64,000 bases of DNA. It comes from Candidatus Poribacteria bacterium (GTDB lineage: Bacteria > Poribacteria > WGA-4E > GCA-2687025). Shown here piece by piece: positions 45,983-55,161 of the stretch; position 1 is the stretch's first letter; each line of letters starts with the position of its first letter. The translations under genes were made by a program, and so were the position numbers. The stretch spans positions 3,520,001 to 3,584,000 of the forward strand of contig OY762492.1 in NCBI GenBank assembly GCA_963665845.2, in the 5' to 3' direction. Under the pieces are notes generated by a model that made no database searches, was not told the origin of the DNA, and worked only from the letters and a program-made list of their open reading frames with translations.

Positions 45983-47104
45983 TTACCGTTGAGACGCCTG
46001 TAAACATTCCGCGAAGATGCCGACCCCTTCCCGTATCTCGTCTAGAGACGGATAGGCGAACGAAAAGCGCACATAGGGGATGTCCACCCCTGCCGCATGA
46101 AACGCCTGCCCGCGCGTGCAATACACATGCCGCGCCTCAAGCCGCGCCATGAGCCGCCCCATGTCGGTCCGGTCGGGAACCTTCACCCATGCGAACAACC
46201 CGCCTTTCGGCGGCTTGCAGTGGACGCTGCCGCCCAGCTCCGTCTCCAGCGCTTCGATGAGTACATCCCGCTTCTGCTGAACGATCTTGTTCGTTTTGCG
46301 TATGTGTTCCCACATATGCTCTTTCAGAAATTCGGCGAGGATGACGCTGGCGAAGGCGCTCGTTCCGCCGTCCCAGCGCCAGCGCATCACATGGCGCATG
46401 ACGCCCGGCGGCGCGATCATATACCCAAGGCGCATTCCCGGCCCGATCGTTTTGGAGAAGGTGCCGGCGTATGCGACGCGCCCCGCCGGCGCCTCGGCGT
46501 AAAGCGCGCGGGGCGGATTCTCGTCAAAATAGATGTCGCCGTAACATTCATCCTCTAAAATCAGGACATCATGCTCCTCCGCCAGCTGAATGAGACGCTG
46601 TTTGCGTTCGGCGGACAGATGCATGCCGGTCGGGTTATGGTTCACCGGCACTGTGTTGATGAGCGCCGGTCGTACGCCTTGCCGACGCAGCTGGTCAAGT
46701 ATCTCGGCGAGCGCGTCCGTATCCATTCCGTTTTCATCCACGGGGACGCCGACGATCCGCGCGTCAAGATGGCGCAGGATGCCGAGCGTTCCCATGTAGG
46801 TCAGCTCCTCCGTCAAGACGACGCCGCCCGGCGGGACATAGGCGCGTATGATCAGATCCAGCGCCTGCATCGACCCGTTTGTTATGGCGACCTCTTCGGG
46901 GGAGGCGCCGCCGCGGTTCGCGTCATTGAAACGGCGCGCCGCCATTTCGCGCAGCGCCGCGTTTCCCTGATCGCCGGGATACCGCACAAACAGCTCCCCG
47001 CCTTCGCCCAGAATTGCCTTTTGCGCCGCCTCCGCCAGCTTCTCCGCCGGGAACGACGCGGGATCGGGCATCCCGCCTGTGAACATATAACCTTGACGCT
47101 TCAT
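45983..47104 (-). CDS. PLP-dependent aminotransferase (class I/II, ARO8/LysN-like)
   Basis: GGMPDP, TNGSMQAL, HNPTG, EDECY, GTFSKTIGPGMRLG and P.GGLF.W. Confidence 0.9.
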   Translation of the reverse strand: MKRQGYMFTGGMPDPASFPAEKLAEAAQKAILGEGGELFVRYPGDQGNAALREMAARRFNDANRGGASPEEVAITNGSMQALDLIIRAYVPPGGVVLTEELTYMGTLGILRHLDARIVGVPVDENGMDTDALAEILDQLRRQGVRPALINTVPVNHNPTGMHLSAERKQRLIQLAEEHDVLILEDECYGDIYFDENPPRALYAEAPAGRVAYAGTFSKTIGPGMRLGYMIAPPGVMRHVMRWRWDGGTSAFASVILAEFLKEHMWEHIRKTNKIVQQKRDVLIEALETELGGSVHCKPPKGGLFAWVKVPDRTDMGRLMARLEARHVYCTRGQAFHAAGVDIPYVRFSFAYPSLDEIREGVGIFAECLQASQR

Positions 47105-47140
47105 GCCGTCCCCTCCCGCTTGAGCGCTCCCCGAACGTAC

Positions 47141-48151
47141 TTAAAACGAATCCATGTCGATGATCTCGCCGGTATCGGAGGACTGGTAGATCGCGTTGAA
47201 GATGGCGACCGATTTGCGCCCTTCGCGCCCGTCCACCTGAGGCGTTTTGCCGTCCCGGATGGCGCCGACCATGTCCTCAATGATGTTGCGGGGCAGGTTC
47301 TCCCCGGCGTCGATATCGTTGATGGACGACTCCTTTTCTCCCTCAATTTCATACCGAACCAGGTTGGAGCCGTCCAACGTGATCGTGCCGTTGCTGCCGC
47401 TGATCTCAATCGCTGTGCCGAGGTTCGGGTAGCTGCATGTGGTCGTCTGGATGACGCCGAACGCGCCGTTTTTGAAGGTGAGCAGCCCGGCGCTGCAGTC
47501 CTCCGTGTCGATCTCGTGGGCGAAGGTTCCGCGCCTGCCTTGAACCGTCTGGACGGGTCCCATGAGCCACTGGAGCAGGTCGATGGAATGGACGCCCTGA
47601 TTGGCGGCGGAGCCTCCTTCCGTGTCGCGACGGCTTCTCCAGCCGGGCGGCCAGCCGCCGTCGTAGTAGGACTGCGTCCGGTACCATTTCATGCGCAGGT
47701 CGCCGAGAACAATGCGCCCGATCTTGCCGCTCTGGACCGCTTCGCGGACGCGGTGAAAAAGGCGCGTGTAGCGCATGCCGAAATCGACAGCGAGTATTTT
47801 GCCGGCGTCATCCTGCGCGGCGATCGCCTTGTCGCACGCTTCCAGCGAGACATCCATCGGCTTGGTGGTGAAGGCATGCTTGCCCGCTTCCAGCGCTTCC
47901 CTGGCGAACCTGCAATGCGTTCCGCTGGGCGTGAAGACGCCGATCGCGTCGATGTCGTCTCGGTTGAACATCGCTTGATAGTCGGTTGTCCATTCGCAAT
48001 CGAGCTCGGCGGCGCGCTGCTTCACCTTGCTTTCCTGTAGGTCGCACACAACGACCAGGTCGGCTCCGTCGGCTTGCGCCGCCATCTTGGCGCGCGACGA
48101 CCCGACGCCCAGCCCCATGATTCCAAAACGCGCGTTTTCTTGATTCGCCAT
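47141..48151 (-). CDS. Gfo/Idh/MocA oxidoreductase
   Basis: GIMGLG, TPSGTH, GKHAFTTKP, WYRTQSYY and GG...NQGVHSIDL. Confidence 0.9.
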   Translation of the reverse strand: MANQENARFGIMGLGVGSSRAKMAAQADGADLVVVCDLQESKVKQRAAELDCEWTTDYQAMFNRDDIDAIGVFTPSGTHCRFAREALEAGKHAFTTKPMDVSLEACDKAIAAQDDAGKILAVDFGMRYTRLFHRVREAVQSGKIGRIVLGDLRMKWYRTQSYYDGGWPPGWRSRRDTEGGSAANQGVHSIDLLQWLMGPVQTVQGRRGTFAHEIDTEDCSAGLLTFKNGAFGVIQTTTCSYPNLGTAIEISGSNGTITLDGSNLVRYEIEGEKESSINDIDAGENLPRNIIEDMVGAIRDGKTPQVDGREGRKSVAIFNAIYQSSDTGEIIDMDSF

Positions 48152-48192
48152 ACTGTTCTCCACGTTCACTAGGCTTGCGTATGTTGAAGCGT

Positions 48193-48221
48193 ATTCTAAC
48201 GCTCTTTGCGGCGCGGCGCAA
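48193..48221 (-). promoter_or_regulatory. Sigma70-type promoter TTGCGC-17-TAGAAT
   Basis: Reverse complement of ATTCTA (48193-48198) and GCGCAA (48216-48221). Confidence 0.5.
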
Positions 48222-48287
48222 CATGATCACGGCGGGTACGCCCATGCGGAGAACTTCGTGTACACCTTAAAGCGTCCGCCCGCCGAT

Positions 48288-48390
48288 AGTCATTCCCGCG
48301 CAAGCGGGAATCTTAGCCGCCGTCTGAACTAGGATTGAAAAGATCGATATTCTTGGCAATCTTTGAATCCTTTCATCCTAGTTCAAAGAC
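48288..48390. repeat. REP plus an internally shortened copy of the long palindrome
   Basis: GTCATTCCCGCGCAAGCGGGAATCT, then GTCTGAACTAGGATT...ATCCTAGTTCAAAG. Confidence 0.8.
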
Positions 48391-48471
48391 TCTGCAGCCG
48401 GCGCTTCATCCGATGAAACGCCATCGCCGCAAATATCTCCGTATGAGCGCGGCGTCGTCGAACGGTCATGG

Positions 48472-48500
48472 TTGACATAAAGACCAGCATGGTTTACGCT
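48472..48500 (+). promoter_or_regulatory. Sigma70-type promoter TTGACA-17-TACGCT
   Basis: Lies upstream of ATG 48552. Confidence 0.5.
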
Positions 48501-48551
48501 ATGGAAACAAGGCGCGTTAAACTGACGCGCGCCAAACGCAAGGAGACAGGC

Positions 48552-48947
48552 ATGACGCGATCGCGAACGGGTACGACCTTGGTATTTCTTGCGCTGGGCG
48601 TATGCTCTATATTGACAATAACGGCGTTGGCTGTTACTCAATCCGTTGCCAAGGATCTTCTGCGATCCGAAGACGGAAGCGTGGTTGCTGGAACCATGCT
48701 CGCCGCCAAGTCCGACATTGACGGCATAGAAACCGACATTCAGAAATTGGATCGCCGACTGGATAATCTGGAAAAAGCGATCGTCAAGATTCAGACATGG
48801 GGAGTGGTCCTGGGTTTCCTTATCACGCTTGGAACGCCGTTTTTGACGGTGTACTTAAATCGAAAACTCGGAACGCCGGATACTCTGGTTCAGGATGATC
48901 AGGGAAGACTCTTTCTGACGCTCGCAAAAAAGAAGAGAGCGGAATGA
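48552..48947 (+). CDS. Small coiled-coil membrane protein (DUF1640/CCDC90-like)
   Basis: AGGAG RBS; N-terminal hydrophobic segment; LAAKSDI followed by heptads; C-terminal TM. Confidence 0.65.
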   Translation: MTRSRTGTTLVFLALGVCSILTITALAVTQSVAKDLLRSEDGSVVAGTMLAAKSDIDGIETDIQKLDRRLDNLEKAIVKIQTWGVVLGFLITLGTPFLTVYLNRKLGTPDTLVQDDQGRLFLTLAKKKRAE

Positions 48948-49115
48948 AAGATTTCACACCGCGCCAACCGTGAGAGTCATTCTTCAACACATGGCGAATA
49001 AAACCGCCGGCGTAAGCGACCGGCTAGACGCCGCTAACAAATGAGAGACGCCGGCGGCTGTGTGATTCATAAATGTTAAAGCGCGCATCCATCGGCGGAG
49101 AAGGAGAACATTCAG

Positions 49116-49940
49116 ATGGCAAAACGCGGCTACTGCCTCAACACCAGCACAATACGCAATTGCGGCTTAAGCCCGATAGAAGAGATACAGCTGGCGGCTC
49201 AAATCGGCTACGACGGCATCGAGCTCTGGACGGCGGAAATCTTCCGTCATCTGTCGGGCGGCGGCTCTCTAGACGATCTGCGCGCCGCGATGGAGTCGAA
49301 CGGCGTCCAGGCGGTGAACCTGATCGCCTTTTTCGCATGGGCGGAACCGGATAAGATAGAACGGGAAGCGGCTTTGGAGGAGGCGCGCGTCGTCTTTGAG
49401 ATGGCGGCCGCCCTGAATTGCCGGTATGTTGCCGCGCCGCCCGCCGGCGTCCGCGAGATGAGCATCCCCGCCGCCGATCTCGCCCCCCGTTACGCCGCCC
49501 TCCAAAAAGCGACCGAGGACACGGGCGTTCTGCCGCTCTTGGAGTTCTGGGGCGGCGCGTCCACGCTCGGTACCCTTCAAGACGCGCTGGACGTCCTGGA
49601 CGCGCTCGGCGACCCTGACGCGCGCATGCTGGCGGATGTGTTTCATATGTCCAAATCGCCCGGCAGCGAGGCGCTGCTGAGCGGCTTGCGCGGGGAGCAG
49701 CTGGGGCTGTTCCATGTGAACGACTATCCGAAGGCGGACGATCCGATGTCGCTCAACGACAGCGACCGCGTCTATCCTGGGGACGGCTGCGCCCCCATCG
49801 CTGACATCGTCCGCCGTTTAGACGAGATCGGATACGCCGGCATGTGGTCGCTGGAGCTGTTCAATGAATCGTATGAGGAGAACGGCGCTGAACATGCGGC
49901 GCGCGTCGGTTTAGAAAAGACGCGCCGCGTTTTTAGTTGA
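49116..49940 (+). CDS. Sugar phosphate isomerase/epimerase (xylose-isomerase-like TIM barrel)
   Basis: GYDGIELW, LEF, DVFH, HVND, DRVYPGDG and SLELF. Confidence 0.9.
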   Translation: MAKRGYCLNTSTIRNCGLSPIEEIQLAAQIGYDGIELWTAEIFRHLSGGGSLDDLRAAMESNGVQAVNLIAFFAWAEPDKIEREAALEEARVVFEMAAALNCRYVAAPPAGVREMSIPAADLAPRYAALQKATEDTGVLPLLEFWGGASTLGTLQDALDVLDALGDPDARMLADVFHMSKSPGSEALLSGLRGEQLGLFHVNDYPKADDPMSLNDSDRVYPGDGCAPIADIVRRLDEIGYAGMWSLELFNESYEENGAEHAARVGLEKTRRVFS

Positions 49941-49975
49941 GTTTTCATTACAGGTTGACCGAGAGAGGATATGGA

Positions 49976-51037
49976 ATGTCAACGTTTAAAGTGGGCGTCA
50001 TCGGCGCGGGCGGAATCGTCGCCCGCCTCCATCTGCCCGACCTGGCGCGCAACGGCGCTTTTGAAGTCAAGCTGGTCAGCGGGCGCAAAAAGCATCGCCT
50101 AGAGCATCTGTGCGATCGGTTCGACATCCCGCGTTACACGACCGACTATGAGGCGGTCGTTGCGGACGATTCGATAGACGGCATCGTCATCGGGACGCCG
50201 CATCCGCTGCATGTCCCATGGGGGCTGAAGGCGCTTGCGGCGGGAAAGCATGTCCTGATGCAGAAACCGCTGACGGGCGAGATGGACGAAGCGAACGCCT
50301 TTGTGGAGGCGGTGGAGGGTACCGACCGAACGGCGCTCTGCATGCCGCATTACGGCAACGATGTCTACACGCTGCGCAAGGTGTGCAAAAGCGGCGCCAT
50401 CGGCAGAATCTCCGGCGCTCGTTTTCGGACCAGCCATGGCGGACCCGAAATCTATTACGCCGAGATACGCGATATTTTTGGCGAAAAAGATGAAGACCTG
50501 TGGTTCTTTGACGCCCAACGCGCCAGCGTCGGCGCCCTGTTCGATATGGGCGTCTACTCCGTCTCGCAGTGCGTCGGCATCTTAGGGACGATGAAAAGCG
50601 TCTCGGCGGTCGTAACAACCTTCGACAAGCCGACGGAGCTGGAGGACAACGCGACGCTCGTCATGGAGACGGCGGAGGGCGGCATCGTTTCATGCGAGAC
50701 CAGCTGGTGCGACCCCGCCCGAACAGGCGAGTATTCGATTCATGGGACGGCGGGCAAATTGACAAAACCGGGGCGGGACGGCGCCGCCGTGACGATGTGG
50801 ACGCCCACCTCCTACACGCGCGAATCAGCCCCGCCGAAGCTGACGCCGGTGGAGCTGAACGAAGGCGTCGGGGGGCTGCATCAGCACTGGCTCGACTGCG
50901 TCCGCGAGGGAAAGCAGCCGCCGCTGGAAAACGCTTGGACGGCGCGGCATATCACGGAGATCATGCTCGCCGGGCTGGAAGCGGGCAAAACAGGGCGGCG
51001 CGTTGAGTTGACGACGACAGCGGACAGCCCCGTTTAA
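49976..51037 (+). CDS. Gfo/Idh/MocA oxidoreductase
   Basis: GVIGAGGI, TPHPLH, GKHVLMQKP and GALFDMGVY. Confidence 0.9.
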   Translation: MSTFKVGVIGAGGIVARLHLPDLARNGAFEVKLVSGRKKHRLEHLCDRFDIPRYTTDYEAVVADDSIDGIVIGTPHPLHVPWGLKALAAGKHVLMQKPLTGEMDEANAFVEAVEGTDRTALCMPHYGNDVYTLRKVCKSGAIGRISGARFRTSHGGPEIYYAEIRDIFGEKDEDLWFFDAQRASVGALFDMGVYSVSQCVGILGTMKSVSAVVTTFDKPTELEDNATLVMETAEGGIVSCETSWCDPARTGEYSIHGTAGKLTKPGRDGAAVTMWTPTSYTRESAPPKLTPVELNEGVGGLHQHWLDCVREGKQPPLENAWTARHITEIMLAGLEAGKTGRRVELTTTADSPV

Positions 51038-51270
51038 ACAACTCGATGGCAGTACGCCCATGCAGCGATCGTCATATTTGCGGCAGCGGCGAGAGCAATC
51101 GAAGCCTCAAGCATCCAGAGGCTCCGCGTAAGGCCCTTGGCGCCCGACGAAGAAGGTCTCCGCATGGGCGTACTGCCAAAACCCGCGCCGATTTGCGCAA
51201 AAGAGGCGGTATGCGCTATCATGTTTAACGCAGGCAGAAACGCCCAAGACGAACGCAGAGGGACAGCGGC

Positions 51271-52662
51271 ATGAACAACGACTCCCGCCCGACATTCCGG
51301 TTTCAAAACCTCGGACCCATCAAAGAAGCCGAGATGGAGCTGGGCGACCTGACGATCATCGCCGGGCGCAACAACACCGGCAAGACGTATGTCGCCTACG
51401 CCCTTTACGGCTTTCTGAGAGAATGGCCTTCCCGCCTCGCTATTCAGGGAAACGATCGGAAACTTTTTCCCATTCTCGCTGATCTTGTCTTGGCAGCTGG
51501 TAACTCGGAACATCTCAAGCTGCCTACAGACAAAGAAACGCTACGGAAGCATCGAACGGCTATCATTGACCAGACCGCGCGCTTCTATTCCGAAGGCTAT
51601 TTGCGCGAGGTGTTCAGCGTAGACGCCGAAGCGTTTAAGGACGCATCTTTCGACGTTCTGCTGGGCGATCCTCCTGACATGAATCTTGAGCAATTCGAGG
51701 ATCCGTGGGCGTCTTTAAATCAAGAAGGCGGTGAATTGATTCTGTCTCTCAAGGAAAGCTCTTTTTCGAAAATAAAAGACATATTTCTTCTTGCGTCATC
51801 TTGTATCGACGTTATATTTCCAGAACTGCTCCTTGACCCGTTTATTCTGACAAGCGAGCGGTTCAGCATTTCGCTTTTTCAGAACGAGCTCGACTTCGCA
51901 AGAAGCGAGATGGTGAGGAGGCTGCAGCAGATGGCATCCAACGACAGCGAAAAAGGAAGCGGATCGCGTTCCCCGTATGAGCTGATCAAGGAATCTTCCA
52001 GCCACTACGCCCGCCCGATCCAGGACAACCTCAATTTCACGCGCGCCATTCGCGACGTCGTAAAACAGAAAAGCGATCTGTATGAACAGAAGCGGCATGA
52101 CAACATCAAGCGCATGATCGACGGCTACTACCGCGTCGAAAACGGAGGCGTCCGATTCGTTTCAACAGCGCGCGGAGACAGGCGGTTCAATATCCCTTTG
52201 TATCGGGCGTCCTCGTCGGCGCGGGGGCTTTCGGATCTGTATTTTTACATGCGCCATGTCGCCCAAAAGGGTCAACTTCTCATGGTGGATGAGCCGGAGG
52301 CGCATCTGGACACGGCGAACCAGATTGAAATGGCGCGTTTGCTGGCGCGGCTGGCGAGGTCGGGAGTGAAGGTTCTCGTCACGACGCACAGCGATTACAT
52401 CGTCAAGGAGATCAACAACCTGATCATGTTAAGCCAGCCGTTCCAAAACAAAGAGGCGGTCATCAAGCGGTTGAAATACGGGGAAGACGAGTATTTGCAT
52501 GCCGATCAAGTCCGCGCCTACATCGCTGAAGACGGCAGCTTGTCCCGATGTAAAACGAACCCGTACGGGATCGAGTACCCGAATTTTGACGACACGATTG
52601 ACGACATCAACAACGTGGCAAATGAGCTTTCGGAGCGGGTATGGGAAGAGCAGGAAGAATAA
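51271..52662 (+). CDS. ABC-type (AAA_15/AAA_21-like) ATPase without TM domains
   Basis: NLGPI, Walker A GRNNTGKT, ASSS signature, Walker B VDEPEAHL and H-loop TTHSDY. Confidence 0.88.
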   Translation: MNNDSRPTFRFQNLGPIKEAEMELGDLTIIAGRNNTGKTYVAYALYGFLREWPSRLAIQGNDRKLFPILADLVLAAGNSEHLKLPTDKETLRKHRTAIIDQTARFYSEGYLREVFSVDAEAFKDASFDVLLGDPPDMNLEQFEDPWASLNQEGGELILSLKESSFSKIKDIFLLASSCIDVIFPELLLDPFILTSERFSISLFQNELDFARSEMVRRLQQMASNDSEKGSGSRSPYELIKESSSHYARPIQDNLNFTRAIRDVVKQKSDLYEQKRHDNIKRMIDGYYRVENGGVRFVSTARGDRRFNIPLYRASSSARGLSDLYFYMRHVAQKGQLLMVDEPEAHLDTANQIEMARLLARLARSGVKVLVTTHSDYIVKEINNLIMLSQPFQNKEAVIKRLKYGEDEYLHADQVRAYIAEDGSLSRCKTNPYGIEYPNFDDTIDDINNVANELSERVWEEQEE

Positions 52663-52663
52663 A

Positions 52664-53275
52664 TTGGAGAGTTTTGCGGACTGCCTGCGGGAAGTTCTGG
52701 AAGGCGGCGCGCTAACGTCTCTAGAGAGCCGCGATCTCGTTCTCAAAGAAGAAGATCCCAATTCCAAGCAAACGGTTCGATTGACGAACGCGCCTCCCGA
52801 TCTTGTCGTTGTGGATGTGAGCGAAATCGGACAGATGAGCGGACTTAAGAAGAAGAGGAAGGAGAACGGGAACGGGAAGGGGTACGACTGGAATAAATCC
52901 TGCGACTATCTGCTGGCTTTTCGGTGGAATGGAGACGAACGCGCGCTCTTGATCGACTTAAAGAAGACGCTAGGCAGGAGAAATAAGCGGAAAGGTATGA
53001 AACAGCTCCGGTGGTCTCGCCCCCTGCTGGATTATCTGTGGTCTATCTATGAAGCTCGGAATGGGGCGCGCCCAGGCAGTCTTAAGCTCTCTGCAGGCTA
53101 CGCGCTCATCACCGAGGACTTCCACCACGAATCCTTAAACAAGCAGTATGTCCATCTGAAGTCTGGCGAAACGACGCTGGAGCGGTACAAAAATATCGAT
53201 ATCTGCATAGCGGTTGGCAAGAGTGTGTCTTGGAAAAAGCTGCTGAGAATCAAGGAGAGAAACGGCGAACGATGA
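52664..53275 (+). CDS. Hypothetical protein with a PD-(D/E)XK-like nuclease motif
   Basis: TTG start 1 nt after the ATPase stop; KSCDYLL...LLIDLKK...KQL. Confidence 0.6.
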   Translation: MESFADCLREVLEGGALTSLESRDLVLKEEDPNSKQTVRLTNAPPDLVVVDVSEIGQMSGLKKKRKENGNGKGYDWNKSCDYLLAFRWNGDERALLIDLKKTLGRRNKRKGMKQLRWSRPLLDYLWSIYEARNGARPGSLKLSAGYALITEDFHHESLNKQYVHLKSGETTLERYKNIDICIAVGKSVSWKKLLRIKERNGER

Positions 53276-54960
53276 AATTCGAAGAAAACACGCTTTACTT
53301 CGGCGATTGTTTGCAGATCATGCGCGGTTGGTCGTCGGAATGCGTCGACCTTGTCTATCTGGATCCGCCGTTCAACTCGGACGCCAACTACAACAACATC
53401 TTCAAGGGCAGCGGGCTGTTCGGCAAATCGCTCAATCCGCAGGTGAAGGCGTACGAGGACATCTGGACATGGAGCGATGAGGCGTACGACCGCTTGGAGC
53501 GCGTCAAAAACGCCGCCGCCAACCCCGCCTCAAAAGTGATCCAAGGCTTTGAGCTGTTCATGCCGAACTCCAAAATGCTCTCCTACACCTCTTACATGGC
53601 GGAGCGGCTGTTTGAATGCTGGCGGGTTTTGAAGCCGACAGGGTCGCTGTATCTGCATTGCGACCCGACGGCGAACTCGTATCTGCGGCTCATCCTGGAC
53701 GCGATTTTCGGCGAGAAGAATTTTCGGAATGAAATCGTTTGGAAGCGCACAGGAAGCCACAACAACGCAAAACGCTGGGGACCGATCCATGACACGCTGC
53801 TTTACTACAGCAAAAGCGACCGATGCGTATGGAACCGCGTCTTGCAGCCGTTCACACAGGAATATATTGATAAAAATTATCGTTTCGAAGACGAAAGAGG
53901 CGTCTTCGCAACATGGCCTTTGACAGGTCCTGGCAAACGCAGCGGCGATTCAGGAAAAGCATGGGGCGGCTTCGACCCCACCCAAAGCGGGATGGGAAGG
54001 CACTGGGCAGTCCCAGCTGAACGCGCTCTGCCCGATTGGTTCGAGTTTCCTGACGAATACTCACAATTCAAAACGCGGGAAAAACTTGACGCTCTTAATC
54101 AACAGGGACTCATACGCTGGCCAAAGAAAGAAGGCGGACAGCCGCAGTTTAAACGGTATCTTACAGAAAAAAGCGGTCAACCCTTGCAGAGCATCATCCT
54201 TGACATTCCGCCTGTCCCGAAGAGTGAGGAGCTGGGCTATCCGACGCAGAAACCGCTGGCATTGCTAGACCGCATCATCCGCGCCTCATCCAACGAGGGC
54301 GATACTGTTTTAGACCCGTTCTGCGGCTGCGGCACTTCTACGGAGGCGGCGCTCAACAACAACCGCCTCGCCGTCGGCATCGATATTTACGCGCCGGCGC
54401 TGAATCTCATCAACGATCTGCGCATCGTTCCGCAGGGGCGCCCCGCGTTGCCGGTGAAGGGCGCGCCGACCAATTTGACGGAGGCGCGTTTCCTGCATAC
54501 GCAAGATCCGTTTATGTTTCAGGATTGGGCGGTGTCGCTCATTCCTGGGCTGGCGGTGAACCCGAAGAAGTCGGGCGACGGCGGCGTGGACGGGGCTGGG
54601 GTGATGGCGTCCAAGCCTGACAACTGCGCTTTGCGCGGGGTTGTGGCGGAGGTCACAGGATCGCCCGGCTCGCAGGTCGTCAAATACCGCGCGCTCAAAG
54701 GCGTACTGGACGAGAACGAGGCGGCGATGGGCATCCTCATCACGCTGGAGACGCAGACGAAATGGCGCGAGTGGGAGCGCGGCTCCAAGCGCCCGTCGGT
54801 TGAGGTGGGCGGGCGGGAGTATCCGTCCATGCAGCGGTTCTCCATCCAGGAGTTTTTTGAGCAGCAGAGCGACTGGAAGCGGGTCATCAACCTCCCCCTC
54901 ATGCTGGATCCGTTCACGGGCAAGCCGGCGCGGCAAAGCCTGTTTGCGGATCTTGCATGA
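53272..54960 (+). CDS. Site-specific DNA methyltransferase (N6A/N4C, beta class) fused to an Mrr-like C-terminal domain
   Basis: LDPPF (motif IV) precedes YPTQKP and DPFCGCGT (motif I). C-terminal FQDWAV...GDGGVDG...AEVT...MGILIT. ATGA overlap with the upstream gene. Confidence 0.9.
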   Translation: MKFEENTLYFGDCLQIMRGWSSECVDLVYLDPPFNSDANYNNIFKGSGLFGKSLNPQVKAYEDIWTWSDEAYDRLERVKNAAANPASKVIQGFELFMPNSKMLSYTSYMAERLFECWRVLKPTGSLYLHCDPTANSYLRLILDAIFGEKNFRNEIVWKRTGSHNNAKRWGPIHDTLLYYSKSDRCVWNRVLQPFTQEYIDKNYRFEDERGVFATWPLTGPGKRSGDSGKAWGGFDPTQSGMGRHWAVPAERALPDWFEFPDEYSQFKTREKLDALNQQGLIRWPKKEGGQPQFKRYLTEKSGQPLQSIILDIPPVPKSEELGYPTQKPLALLDRIIRASSNEGDTVLDPFCGCGTSTEAALNNNRLAVGIDIYAPALNLINDLRIVPQGRPALPVKGAPTNLTEARFLHTQDPFMFQDWAVSLIPGLAVNPKKSGDGGVDGAGVMASKPDNCALRGVVAEVTGSPGSQVVKYRALKGVLDENEAAMGILITLETQTKWREWERGSKRPSVEVGGREYPSMQRFSIQEFFEQQSDWKRVINLPLMLDPFTGKPARQSLFADLA

Positions 54961-55160
54961 CCTCACGCCTAAACAGGAATGGCGGTCAGGACAAGTAGGA
55001 CATACAAATCGTCATTCCCGCGCAAGCGGGAATCTTAAGGAATCGCAGCCGCCGCTCCCGTCCTTTAAACTCCCCCAGCCCCCTTTCAAGGGGGGAGAAT
55101 CAAAGCTCGCCTTTCCGTCATTTCCGCGCGTTACGTTTTACCGCAAGGGCGGAAATGACG
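54957..55160. repeat. Truncated MITE end, REP and hairpin unit between convergent genes
   Basis: ATGACCTCACGCCTAAA (54957-54973) is identical to 265-281; REP at 55011-55035; CCCCCTTTCAAGGGGG near 55079-55095. Confidence 0.8.
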
Positions 55161-55161
55161 G

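Noticed and set aside
26390-48390. Long palindromes as integron attC sites
   Set aside because: The ends (GTCTGAAC/GTTCAGAC) only loosely resemble RYYYAAC/GTTRRRY, orientations are mixed, the enclosed segments are multi-gene or have their own promoters, and no integrase is seen.
49004-49057. Inverted repeat CCGCCGGCGT...ACGCCGGCGG upstream of the isomerase as a riboswitch or ncRNA
   Set aside because: It is a single GC-rich 10-bp stem with no recognisable family motif.
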